The notes beneath the pieces are model-generated. The model ran no database searches, was not told the origin of the DNA, and saw nothing but the letters and a program-made list of their open reading frames with translations. From Phoronis australis (taxonomy: Eukaryota; Animalia; Phoronida), in contig NMRA01000384.1 of NCBI GenBank assembly GCA_002633005.1, positions 163,504 to 227,503 on the forward strand: 64,000 bases of DNA, written 5' to 3'. Below are positions 50,440-63,500 of the stretch, piece by piece (position 1 is the stretch's first letter; each line of letters begins with the position of its first letter). Made by a program: the position numbers and the translations under genes.

Positions 50440-51045
50440 TATGGTGGGCCGTTGAGGGGAAAGTGTTGCCGTAAAATTACGCTCGTAATTACGAGCGTAA
50501 ATTAAATTGCAGGAGTGTCGCCGTACAATTACACTCGTAAATTAAATGGGGAAAAGTTTCGCCGTAAAATTACGCTCGTAATTACGAGCGTAAGTTAAAT
50601 TGCAAAAGTGTTACAGTAAAATTACGCCCGTAAATTAAATGGGGGAAATGTCGCCGTAAATTACGCTCGTAAAATACCTTAAAAACTTTCCAAATTTAAA
50701 CCAATCAGTGATGACCTAACATACACCACTGTTGCTGGGCAGCTCGTTCTTGCAAAATCGCTGACAGGGCAGTAGCGATTTGATCCGCCATGATTCAGCG
50801 CTCGTATCGTAAACATGAAATCCGTCAGTAAATAAGTATTTCCATGAGCGCACGCGATCGTGGATTGTAAAACCCAACGTCATTGGCTAAGAGTTTAAAC
50901 TAAATTACAAGCGTAATTTTACACCGTAAAGAATTAAATTACGCTCGTAATTTTGCGGCGTAATTAACGGCGTAAATAACGGTGTAATGTACACAATTAC
51001 GCTCGTATTTTTCCGGCGACACTTTTTCCCCAACGGCCCATCATA
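50440..51045. mobile_element. IS3EU-like MITE
   Basis: Ends tatggtgggccgttg / caacggcccatcata, exact 6-bp TSD AATTTG, internal palindromic aattacgctcgtaattacgagcgta repeats. Confidence 0.8.
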
Positions 51046-51634
51046 AATTTGACGCTGGTCGGACTTTGTTTCTAATGGGTGAGCACAGGTTTCAAATGAG
51101 TCACTGTAGCGATCAGAACTAGCTTTTTGTCCTTATTGTTGAATGGGCTTCTGGGAGTTGCTAGCTTTGACCAGAGCTATAAAACAAAAATTCTATTGTG
51201 TATTTGTGTTTTCAGTTACAAATCAACAGTTCTTGCCGTTCTACCAGACATTCGATGAGATCAAGGATAGTGTCTTCACCATTTAAATACAACCCTGTAT
51301 CCTTAAAGTACACGTACTACGCTATTTATCGTACGAGATGTGGCTCCACGGAGAGCGTTAAGGCACAAATACGGAACAACGCCGTTCGATTCCGCATTGA
51401 AAAATTAAATTTCATTGGTGTCTCTTTCAGAAAAAAACTTCATTCACGCGGTGTAGAAATAGAATGAAATATTCATGTTACTGTAAATGTCCGGGACAAT
51501 TTTCGTCCACACAATAGATTTCCATTCTGAAGAAGGATTTTATAAATACAGAGATTGTCCATAATACTTCAGTTAATATTTGAACAAATGCAACCTCTTG
51601 AAACTAAAAAGTAGTCGCCAACTACAAACAGTCA

Positions 51635-52010
51635 AAATTACATACAAAAGAAGTTACGTCCATAACAAATTACACCCACACAAAATTCTATCCACAAACT
51701 TACTTACACAATCAATTACATCGACCGAAATCCCGTCCTCAAAATTACTTCGACAGTAAATTACTGCCTCAAAATTATTTCCACCATCAATTACATACAC
51801 AAATTACATCCAGAATCAATTACATGCACGTCCTCAAAATTACTTAGACGGTAAATTACTCCCTCAAAATTATGTCCACCATCAATTACATACAAAAATT
51901 ACATCCACAAAATTACCTCCACAGAAACTTCATCCAAAATTACACCTGCAAAAAGTAGTTCCGTAAAACTAATTCCACATAAATTACATTGACAAAAAAT
52001 TACGTATTTT
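51635..52010. repeat. Degenerate tandem array of about 14-bp AAAATTACATCCAC-like units
   Basis: More than 20 recurrent (a/c)aatta(c/t) cores at about 14-bp spacing, with a higher-order duplication (cctcaaaattactt...). Confidence 0.7.
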
Positions 52011-52415
52011 CCCATCCAATACTTTATATAAAATCATTCGTAAGTAAATCTTCTAACTGTGCTGAATTTTGTTTAGAAAAAAGAACACAAGAAGCACGAG
52101 GCATGAATTGTGAATAGCATAGCTGTTTTTCCTACTTTCAGTAACGGAGTACCTGTTACACTCTAGGTGGCTCTGAATAGTGAGGTAGTGTTAAGGCCAA
52201 AATCGGTTTACACCATGTAATCGACTTGTGTAGTGACTCCACATATTGTGAATCAAGTACACAAATGATATTTCATTGACTTTTTAGCTGTCACGTATTA
52301 AAAACCTAAGGTTTTTGACATTATACAAATTTTCTTAAGCCTCACTATTTGCTACTAGGCTGTAGGATTTCCGAAAAACTTCAGATTTTTAGAAATTGCG
52401 ACTTGTCAACTCCTT

Positions 52416-53308
52416 TTATCCCATACGCGTTGAATCTGTGGAGGGAAATACGGCCATGTAATAATGTTTTCCGAATTCACCTCCCGCACTACTTCAACAG
52501 TGACCTCTGACATTGAAGGTTCAAAAGGTAAGTCAATGTCGTTAGCTGGTTAAATCATCAAACTTTCGGAAAATAGCTTAAAGTAATACAATTGTAGCAG
52601 TGTAAATACCAATCAACATGCAACCAGGTCTCAATCGTAACATCTGGAACAGGACTGTTAATTATATGACAGTTCTGTCTCAGTTTTCAATTTCTACGTA
52701 TTATATCGTCTGCAACTAAGGCACTGATTTCTCGCCAATATCAAACATTGTTGTGTTGTCACTGGCCATAACAGCACCCGATACTATCGGCGACAGTATT
52801 ACACGAGCAGCAACGACGGCCGTCCCAGCAATAAGTGAACCTATCCATGCTACAGAATCCGTAGAAATGCAAGAACGTACCTGCAACATCGCTACAACAT
52901 TTACATTTGACGGAGCTGTCATAAACGGTGGCACTTTTAACAGTTTCGTGAAAACAGACGACATGTAGGCTACGCGCTCCGGTCAATGACCTAGTTTCAT
53001 GAATGAGTGCAGCTACCCGAAGAGGATTTTACAATGTTATAAATATTCTTGTTATTTATTTATTTTCGAAATATGATACAAGTTCAATGCACGATAACTG
53101 TCGTTTTCACACTTTTTATCAATTTCAAGTAATAAACCGTTACATTTAAAACTGTTTTCTTTTACTATAAAAGTTAGCAACATAACGCGGACGTACATAC
53201 ACAACAGGTTGTGATTAGCCACGTACATTGTAAACAGTCAGGGTGAAGTATTTATAAAATGCCGAAAGAAAACAAAAGGAACTCACGTATTCGATGCGTA
53301 TGGGATAA
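52416..53308 (+). mobile_element. Crypton-like (CryptonV-type) remnant
   Basis: Inverted ends ttatcccatacgcgttgaat / attcgatgcgtatgggataa; ORF end FDGAVINGGTFNSF resembles the C-terminus of invertebrate Crypton recombinases. Confidence 0.5.
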
Positions 53309-54505
53309 ATACAAAACGTAAGCCAAGCTCGGTGCGTTTTGTTTATGTATTGTACCGTTACTTAGTGTGTAGGGTATATTTCCGCACGTGCCTAAGTTTT
53401 GCATATGACCAAAGTTCTGCACAGATGCCTTTGGGTATAATAGCGCGGCAATACTGAATACGCCAAAAATGATTATTTCGTAAGGTTTTCCTACTCAAAT
53501 CTTTTGCATATAAGTGATGCATATAAGCCAATCAATTAGGCACGTGTGTATGCGGCAGCGCACCGCATAATGCGTTTTGTAGCAAGATGTTTCTACTTTT
53601 TTAAAGTGCTTCTTGTATAGGCGAAGGTGCCTAAGCTCCGCGATTTGGATCACCTCCATAACTCGGTGCAAACGAAAAATAAAAACTAGCCCATGCATCT
53701 TCTAAGGAGAATGCATTGAGGTTAACCATTAAATAGGATTTGGGATTATGTTACATAGAGTTAGATATTTAACTGATTTTTGTAGGATCCGGAGAGAAGT
53801 CTGACTTTGATTGACAGCTCTTTGCAACATGTCATGTTACAAGGAGCACTAATTTACATGAAATAAAGCTGTCATCACCACAAATGTTCTTGTCGCGGAT
53901 ACGCGTGACAGCACAAGTCCTTTTGTAAATGGTGACGAATTAAGTGAAAAATTATATGTAACTGTCAAGATGGAATCTGCTTTTGAGCGACGGGTTAGGC
54001 AAAAACAATCAATTCAGTAAAACAGCGACTTAAAGACAATTGCTTCACCGCTAAGTTCTACGTATAAATGAATAAGTTTGTAGTCAGGACCAAGAAAAAG
54101 TGACGACTCATACGCAGACTGAAATGTTATGCGATGTCGAATTAAACAAGTTCACTCGTGTAAAGTGTTACTAAATCCCTGATTGCCTACAAGTTTTTAG
54201 TTTGATTGACAAATAGGAACTATCTGTTAACAACAGCTGATGGAATTTCTTTAACACAACCGGACATTTGTATTCTTAATAAATGTAACACCCAAACCGT
54301 TGCCTTACCCCTTTAAGATATAGTCAGTATTATTCAGCATACATGTATGTAGGGCATGGCTTTCTCCTTCGTAACTGGACTGAAGAAAACAAGAAAGTAT
54401 TTTGATGCCCTGTTATATATTCATTACAGAATAACCTTACACACTAAAGTATCTTTGTGGGTGGCTATCCCATGCTAATTAGGCAAGATGTTAACACCGT
54501 GACTC

Positions 54506-57500
54506 CTATACTTGAGTGTCTCCAAGTTCGCACTGGTTTGTCGTGACACCGGTGTTAGAAGGATCGGCCTGGCCGTTGTATCTGCGGACGATCTTTACCG
54601 CAAGAACGGCACCCACAGCGACTGCACACGCCACAACAGCAGCGGCGCTACCTCCTATCAGGTATGCCTCCACAGGCACGCCATTTTCATATGTTTCGTG
54701 TTTCTCTCTATCCTCACTTGTCTTAGTGGCTTTTATCAACTTTACAATTGACGACCACCCCAGGATGTTTTTAGCTACACAGGTGTAATTCCCACCAACA
54801 ACTTCATTTATCGGGATACTTGAGAGTCCAACTGTTTTAGATTCTGTAATATTCTGTCGAAAAGAACAATTCATATCGTTACCTTCAGGGTCTTGAAGCG
54901 CTATACTTGGAGAAGGATCTCCGTAAGATGTACATTGGATTAGTACCCCAATGGCGTCATACGTGACGTCCATTACTGGATAACTTGGCTTGCGACAAAT
55001 AAAAACGGGAGACACAAACGATTCAAGGGTTGGTTGAGTTTTAGTGGGAGAATTACATGTAGGGGTGCCATAATTGTCGTTTACATTTTTGAGAAGTAGG
55101 CTCATCTGATAGACCCATACCTGTAACGGATAAATGAAGCAGTTGCAGTGAAGTGGGTTGTTCGACACAAAGAAGTCGCGCAAGTGTTTTTCTCGGCTGA
55201 TCAACTTTCGCAATATATCGTGTGGCACAACTTTTATACGGTTATTACGAACGGACAAAGTTTGCAATTTGGTCAGGTGTGTCACGGCCCCTTCCTCAAT
55301 TTCTGTAATACCACAGTTATCCAGTTCAAGGAATTCCAAAGATGGAAGAGAACTAAACATGTTCTGACTTATTATTCGAATTCTATTTCCAGAAAGATCA
55401 AGTTCCCACAGGGAAGTCGTGTTGTAAAAGGCATCTCCATCTATGCATTCAATGTTTGCATACGACATGTTTAATATCTGAAGATTGGGCAGTCCTGAAA
55501 GCATTTTGCTCGTTACAGAACCAAAATTGTTACCACTTAAGCTCAGATACGAAAGACTGCTCATTTTGGCCGTGGCAAATTTCTTAACGGTGTTATCGTC
55601 CATGTGAAGCTCTGTGATGTCTCTTGGTAGTGTGCTGGTGCTCACATGAATAATCCCATTTCCTTTTAAATACAACCTTCGAAGTGACTTCAATTTCTCA
55701 AAGGCTTTTCCTGCAATAGACACAATCTTGTTGTGCGAAAGGTTTAATGTAATCAAGGATTCGAGTCCTTCAAGCATGTGACCGGACACGTGTTTTAAGA
55801 GGTTTCTTGCAAGAACTAGGACTTTCAGCCGGCGAAGTTGCTTAAAGGGTTGATCATTCAAATCAGATATATTGCTCCCCGATAGATCCAGGCTAACGAT
55901 GTTTCGAAAATTAACAACACATGTCTTCGAAACGGAAAGGTGTTCAAAATTTCCTTTCAGCTCTAGTGTTTTAACATCAGTCAGGTGTGAGGCATTAAGT
56001 GTCACGTTGACATCAGTGACAGCAATACGCACTAGCACAAACTTGAAAGGAGTAACGATTCGAATCTCATCAACTGGATTACCTTCCATTTCCAAAAACA
56101 TTGGTCTTCTTGGGCCATCAAAATCTCGAGAGGTTAGCGTCGAAATTTTATTGCCGCTGAGGTAAAGAAATCGCAAACTCACTAAGTCATCGAAGGGTCG
56201 ATCTTCAAGGGAATATATATCGTTGAAGCTTAGACTCAGAGTGTCCAGCATTTTTAGACCGCTAAACATTTCACGCGTCAAGACTGTAATTCGATTATTT
56301 GAAAGATATAATTTCCGAAGGTTTCTCATGTGTGAAAATGACTGTTTTTCTATTCTCGCTACTCTGTTGTCCGTTAGATATATAGCTTTGATTAATTCAA
56401 GACAAGAGAACATGGATTTTGTCACCACTTGAAGCCTGTTTTCAGACAGAAAAAGCTTTTTAGCTGACGAGTGCGAGNTCGTAAGGGCTACGGATTTGAC
56501 TAAAGACAGCATCTTCTGAGTTCCACCTCCACTGTTCTCCGATATAATGTTGCCAGGAAGGGGCCCTGCCCCCCCTCTTTGGCCTCGGAAAATAAACACT
56601 AAAATGACAAGGACATAAATTTGGGCATGTAACATGTTACACCTAATCGGGAGCATGTTCTTTAATGTGCATGTGTTGGTCACAGAAATTAGTTTTCCTC
56701 ATGAGAAAAGCTTTTAGATGTTTTTCGTAAATGTCTGCACTGATTCTACTAGTGTATGCCATTGTATACCCACGTGATCAAGGTTTCATTGAAGCACTTC
56801 AATAGTTTCTTTGTTGGGTTTACCCAGCTCAACACAGTGGGGTGCCTTTGATACTTTAAACCAGGTTTTACTGAACCAGCTCCCTGGTCCAGCAAAACCA
56901 GGCTTTCAGACTCTTAAACTATGTTGGTGAAATGCAAGTCAGGTCTAAAATTAGACCAGGTTTAGGAAGACCAGGTTTAAGTCTAAAACCTGGTTTTGTT
57001 AAACCACCTTTATGAAATCGGCTGAGAGTGTCCAGCATTTTTAGACCGCTAAACATTTCACGCGTCAAGACTGTAATTCGATTATTTGAAAGATATAATT
57101 TCCGAAGGTTTCTCATGTGTGAAAATGACTGTTTTTCTATTCTCGCTACTCTGTTGTCCGTTAGATATATAGCTTTGATTAATTCAAGACAAGAGAACAT
57201 GGATTTTGTCACCACTTGAAGCCTGTTTTCAGACAGAAAAAGCTTTTTAGCTGACGAGTGCGAGCAAAAAGATCCGTTTTCGAGTTTCGAAATCTTGTTC
57301 GAATTCATGTCAATAGTGACATTTTTACTTGAAAAAACATAAGCATCTTCAACTATTTCTAAATAATTTAGCCGTAAATCCAGGAATTCTAATTCAGGTA
57401 ACACCAGACCACAAATCTCTCTAACTGAATTGTTTCGCAGCGTTAAATCCTTCAAAGTCCCCAGTCCTCTAAAAACATTCGCGTCCGCTCTGGTTAAATT

Positions 57501-58097
57501 GTTGTCCTCAAGTCCAAGACGCGTTAACCTGTTCAGCCCGTCAAATGTTCCGTTTGCTATCCAGGAAATATCATTGTTTCCAAGTTGCAAATCGTCAAGA
57601 TTGCTCAAGCTTTGGCCAAAGGAGTTACCATCCAGCGAGTTAATGGAATTTTCAGCTAAAACCAGTATCCTTAAGAACGGCGTTTCTTTAAACAAACCAT
57701 GGAAAAGAAATGACAGCTGATTATGGGTAAGGTCCAAACGCTCTAAATTCAACAATCCGCTTAAAGTTTGATCAGTCATAGTACGCATTTCGTTATAGCT
57801 CAAGTCCAAGACTTTGAGTTCGATTAAAGGAGAAAGAAGTCTGTCTGAGATATTACGCAGGCCGTTATGTCCCAGGTTGAGATACTGCACTTTGGATAAA
57901 TGACTGAACGCATTTCGCTCAATCTTGCGAATGCCACATCTCCAAAAGTTCAAAGTAGATGTTTCCGTCAAATGCAACGTTTTCTCCTTCGTCAACACTT
58001 TGTCTTTCCACTGCAGGCAGATAGCAGAAGAGAAAGACCACAAACTTCTACTGAAGAGAGCCAGCAGTAGGATTACGCGTCCACTCGGCGCTTCCAT
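54506..58097 (-). CDS. Intronless LRR-LRRCT-Ig-TM receptor (LIG/LRRIG-type), about 934 aa when 58097-57265 is joined to 56477-54506
   Basis: Signal peptide MEAPSGRVILLLALFSRSLWSFSSA; more than 20 LxxLxLxxN repeats; LRRCT NNPLHCNC; Ig C..YGDPSP...GNYTCVAKNILG; TM GGSAAAVVACAVAVGAVLAV; tail ends DTQV. The join gives 2805 nt in frame. The assembly repeats 56238-56477 at 57025-57264 with an N at 56478. Confidence 0.85.
56479..57024. mobile_element. Transposon-like insertion (Harbinger-type end) in the LRR coding sequence, truncated at N
   Basis: The LRR frame switches abruptly to agccgatttcataaaggtggtttaac, followed by repeated aaaccaggttt/aaacctggt palindromes. Confidence 0.6.
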
Positions 58098-58312
58098 TGC
58101 AAACAAAACGAGATGTTAACGGGTAGTCATCGATACTAATGAGTCCGCTCCTGACGTCACACGCGGTTGGTGGTGCTAATTAGTAGCGAAGATTTCGTGA
58201 GAAAACCATTGCCGTATAGTACATGCCGTGAATAATACGCTTACACGAAAGTCACGCATTTGTAAAGAAATGCATGACTTTTCACCGCTCGTCCTTCTGA
58301 ACGGTTTTTACC

Positions 58313-59016
58313 CACAGGCGTCCTCAGCTTCTGATCGTCCCCAATACACTACTTATATTACTACAAGGTATGACATTCCCGACTAGAAATTCCACGGGTG
58401 CTTCACTTCAGCCGTCCATAGCAAATATAAAACTCAATAAATTTACACAAAGCAGAGTTTCAACAAACCATGAAGAATTGTTCTTTCTCCCCATTCCATT
58501 CACGGTGTCCTGTTCCGGCGACTTCGTAAGAAATTCGCAGTCAAAGAACAAAAATGTTCAGAAAAAGCCCCCACACACTTTCATCGTGGGCCGCTCGAGG
58601 TCAAGGACGGTACGGAAATTGCCGGTGAGTTACGGAAGTACTCAATAGTTTTTTACTGGCGGCTAAGTGTAGAGTTATCGACATCGTGACTTTACGCGAC
58701 AAACCGTCAGTTTCCGTACCGTCCTTGACCTCGAGCGGCCCACGATGAAAGTGTGTGGGGGCTTTTTGTGAACATTTTTGTTCTTTGACTGCAAATTTCT
58801 TACGAAGTCGCCGGAACAGGACACTGTGAATGGTATTGGGCGAAAGAGCAATTCTTCATGGTTTGTTGAACCTCTGTTTTGTGTAAATTTATTGAGCTTT
58901 ATATTTGCTATGGACGGGTGAAGTGAAGCACCCGTGGAATTTCTAGTCGGGAGTGTCATACCTTGTATTATTATATGTAGTGTATTGGGGACGATCAGAA
59001 GCTGAGGACGCCTGTG
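58313..59016. mobile_element. 704-bp foldback MITE with 8-bp TSD (P- or hAT-type)
   Basis: Inverted arms of about 310 bp starting cacaggcgtcctcagc; exact TTTTTACC at 58305-58312 and 59017-59024. Confidence 0.9.
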
Positions 59017-59599
59017 TTTTTACCGGGATCAAAGAGAGCGCGGCGCCAGTGTCGGACTTAGTTGCGATGACCGCATTGTCCGGTGCAAGCAAGACCCAAT
59101 AAGTGTAATTACGCAACCATAAACTATAGTAAATATCTCTGCCTGTATATACTGGAGAATTTTCAAAATGCATTAACCAACAGTTTTCATTTAAAACAAA
59201 TACCACAGCTGTATTCAGATGGAAAAAACAACCAAGTTTGGAAAAAACAACGAAGTTTGGTTTTCGACTTTTAAAAATCGATGAAAACTACAAACATTGG
59301 GTACGATTGAAGATAAACGACTGTGCGTATTGATTTACAAACGCTGATCAGAGTTAACAATATCACGTGGATTATTCCTTTAATATACAACTAAGCTACA
59401 TTTAAACATCTATAAACAACACACAGTGACTAAATTAGATGCCAATAATTCTTAAAACATCGCTTATACATAGCTCAGTGCATGCCGAACTACTTTACTC
59501 CAGGTGTAGTACACTAACCGGAAATCTGCTATTCGAGGAAATGCGCCAATTTCGATCGTTAGCTTGTAGTTGTAATGGAACACCTGTGAAGACAACTAA

Positions 59600-60020
59600 A
59601 GTGCCGTTTACACTTACAAAGTTGACACAAATCAGCTGACACGGAACAAGTTGTTCCAGTCTGTAAACGGACTGACACGGAGCAAACTGACACCGCGGTG
59701 ACAAATTTTTGCCAGTCGTTTGTGAGGTAGAATAATTTGCGCCAGAACAATTTGCGCCGTGTCAATTATAAGTCTAAACGCGGAACTGGAGCAAGGCGCA
59801 AAGGATCAATCTCTACAGCGCTTGTGCTACTTACGGGTTCTTTGTCTCTGCAACTCTCGTCATTTGTAAACTTGCGCATGTGCGATCCAGTCTCTCCAGC
59901 CTTTAATTTCCGTTTTGCCACGGTTAGTGAGATGTGTGTGTAAACGGCCGCTTGACACGGGTCAATTTGCTCCGTGTCAAATAATTGCGTCGGGCCAAAA
60001 GTTGATGTCTAAACGGGACT
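59600..60020. mobile_element. PIF/Harbinger MITE
   Basis: TIR agtgccgtttacac / gtctaaacgggact, TAA on both sides, internal tgacacgg subrepeats. Confidence 0.8.
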
Positions 60021-60709
60021 TAAGATGGCTAGCTTTGTAGTCAACTAGAGAGGGCAAGCAGTGGATGAGGTTCGTCGGTGGGCAAGAGCTGTGATTTCAT
60101 TTTATGACTGAGAAAAAGCTAGAATAGTTATGTAGTTACTGCAACCAAAAGGTTCCAAATCTTCAGTTTGGCTATCACCATATTTGCACTTTCGTATATA
60201 TTTTATGATTTGAGTTCTAACAAAAATTGAACTTGAACTAATGGTACGTTTAGTTTTATTTGCTATGACACGTTTGGTGTAGATGTAATTTGGAAAATTC
60301 AGTGATGGGTTCACAATTAACTGACTTCTAAGTTGTTTTGATACTTCGTTTAAACACAAAATAAAAAGATAGCAACCCTAACCCGTAAGAAAAAAACAAG
60401 TAGACAGGAGTATTAAATTAAAGTAATGAAAACAGGTATGAAACATATTTAAAATCAACGTTCCTTTGGGAAGTGGCCCTTCGTCAAGATCAACGCAAAT
60501 TAACTTTTTAGTCCTTTTGTTATATTTAAAATGTACCAAGTTAAAACTGCTCTCCACATTGCAGGCTTTAACTCTGTACAAATGCCAGAGAAAAACAATT
60601 TGGGTGTAATAACGACCACCATTGTTAAGAAAGTAGTTTTGCTATTACCTTTCTACTTCATTAGCTCAGATCTACATCAACACAAAGGGCGAGCTGAATA
60701 GGCTCCTTA

Positions 60710-63500
60710 TAGTCCAGTCATTCTACGGATAACCCGGAAAAAATGAAATTGCAACAGAAGGTTTTATTGCATAAATCGTATCCTTTCACACCCCTTATTG
60801 GGGAAAAAAAGTCTACCGGAATCGGAGTGGCGGAAGTTGGTTTTTCAAGATGGCGGACAAAATGGCCGCCAGATTTTTTGATACGCACTATAACTCAAGA
60901 GTGGAATGTGATAGAATAAAAATTTAAAAAGGTTTACCCATGTTTTGTGGGTCAAAAAATCCATTGGAAATGGTTTTACATGGCTGTGGTGACAACGTCC
61001 GCCATTTTCCAAGATGGCCGCCAAATCTACTTGAGTCGCACAACTTCACACGAACAGATTAGTGCGTCGTCTTGCTTCAAACATCGCATCATAGGTTTTC
61101 TGGGTTTACTAATCTATTGAGACTCATTGCATTTGGCACTAATGATTACTTCCACCATTTCCAAGATGNGCTTCAAATGTCTTGATTCAGCTGCATGTGT
61201 CTGGTGAATACTCTTAGAGTTTTTGCAGAATTCTCGATCACGCAGTTTCTTGAATGGCAGAGCCTTAATTGCTAATACCGAACAGCTGTAATGTTGTGTT
61301 GCAACCACCTATTGCATGCGCAAATGGCAAAACTGCGCAAGTTTCGGCACCAAAAGACAACTGTAGTTCCTTGATGTCCCAGACTCTCCTCTTGCTTTGG
61401 TGTCTCTTGTCAAATTTCATGAACATGAAATTTGTTGTGAAGTAGCATGGTAACGCAAAAGAACCAACAATTCTGTATCGTCTGCAATAAGAGTAGTTGG
61501 ACCTTGTGCTGCGTTCTCTACTGCTGTTTCTACAATTAAAACATCTGTGTCACCTTGAGCTTGTACCACTGTGAAACCAGCATTTCCTAGCAAACTTGAC
61601 AAGAAGTGAGTGAATTGTTTGTTTTTGCTTTTTGCAAGAAATGTTCCTTTTTTACTTGATCACCATGTCACCATTGAAGTGAACTTCAGTTCCAACCACC
61701 CCACCCAGTCTTCAAACATGAAAGACATCTTTAGTTGATGGTCCATCTCAGTAACCATCAAAAACAACAATAGGCTGGGTGCACTTGCTGATGTAATCCA
61801 CATAATCTCTACCAAATGACTGATACGTTGCCCCTCTAGGCCATGGAATACGGTGAAGGAGAGAAGCGCCGTCAATTACATGCATCACCGTGTTTTCTGG
61901 AAATTGAAATCCTCAGGTAGTCCTCCCCTGGACCAGAGTGCATCAGCTCATATTGATTTATTACCTACTCTGGGAAGACCAAATGTATCAAAAAGAACAG
62001 GGGAACCAACACACAGCTCAAACTTCAAAAGGCTTGATGAACTTTCACTGTTGTCTTTTGCAGCTGTCAGGATTCTCTGAAATAGCAGTCGTGGATCCAC
62101 TTGTGTAAAATTACTATTAGCAGCATGAATTCAACAATGCTGCGGATGTCTTTGTCGTCACGCGACTGTCTTGCCTGGGTACATTCTTTATGCTGCTGAC
62201 TTGTTTCACAACTTAAGTTTGTCACAGTCTGCATGGCAACATTTATACTTGAGCATGCCGGCAAGGAAAGCAGCCACAGTGCACTCTGTGTATCTCCCAT
62301 TTCGAAACCTCAAGTTAAACCTCCTGTTGTTTTAATGCTTTTCATGAGCATTTGTTCAATTACAAAGTCTTATCTCATTATGACAAGCCTGACCAGAATC
62401 TGTCACTTTGTCTTATGGTTTGTTGGCCGTAGACGTCTGGGCGGGTGTCTTTGAGTTGCTACGTCTGCTTCAGTCAAGTATATGTATGAAGATTTTGCAT
62501 AAGAGTTGTGACCAGCAGCAGCAAAGTAAAGTAGCATTTCAAAAACTACTTTTAGGTGAAGCTCCCAATCTGACGTTATTTCTGCTTTTGAAAAAGTCGA
62601 AGGATGTCAATCATCTTAATATACTGTAGTCAAAGACTAATGATTGGACTTCGCATAGACAAGTCTGATTTATGTGCTTTGATTTTTTATGGATACCCAC
62701 AAGACACTCCGACGAGCATACATCGTCGCACACAGACGTCATGCCAGCAATAAGATCATCATACCGCTTCAGACCATGCAGCTCTCAAATCATCATGAAG
62801 AATATCATTGGCCATTGATTCTTCTGACGAACTATTCTCTGTCACTGTGTATTCTGAAGACCTATACTCTGATTCAGTCGTTTTTGAATATACCAATGGC
62901 AGTAGGTCGGAAACCAGAAGTGAACTCTCGTGAGGGCATTCCACTGTAATCCAAGGTTCAGAATCAGAAGACACTGGCTGGACATGGCATGCCCCAGAGT
63001 ATACATCTAGTTATGTGATCAGTTGGGATGTCTGGGATGTCTGAAGTATCTGCCTCCATATTCTGACGAGCCAAAATTTGTGTACAAGCATTGAACTGCT
63101 CCACCTCTTGGCATGTAATCTGTGAGTCCTGTATTGGTGATATTCCGGACTCCTGGAATTTCTGAAGAACCTGAATTTATTTCTTCATTGGTTTTGGATT
63201 GGCGTTACTTGATCTGTCAATATTTGGAAGTGGGATGTTGAATGTTCTGGCTTTTATGATAGCATTCAGTGCTGAGTCTACCAACATAGGCCCCCTCATT
63301 GCTCTATCCACACTTTTTCCATTTAACATAAGGATCACACTGTTTGATGCATACACCGTCTCAAGAACTCCTTGAAGCCCTGTGCTTGACATTACGTATC
63401 CAATACATTCCAGAAAGCTCATCTCAGTATGAAATCTTCCAAGCCTGGCTAAGAACAAGTGACTGCAGATCACTATCGTTTTGTTTGCACGCACTAATTT
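60710..63500 (-). mobile_element. Academ transposon with decayed transposase (other end not seen)
   Basis: TAGTCC terminus with aaaatggccgcc motifs; minus-strand fragments RLGRFHTEMSFLECIGYVM, YFAAAGHNSYAKS, SDRFWSGLS, KTTGGLT, QHKE, VVFDGY, GDTDVLIV...DDTELLVLL. Confidence 0.85.

Noticed and set aside
56479-56683. N-terminal 68 aa of the 725-aa ORF as a real signal sequence
   Set aside because: It comes from inserted sequence read through an N. The true N-terminus is at 58097.
58370-58959. Pair of near-identical convergent ORFs (92 and 94 aa) as genes
   Set aside because: They are the two arms of a foldback MITE with an 8-bp TSD and show no protein motif.
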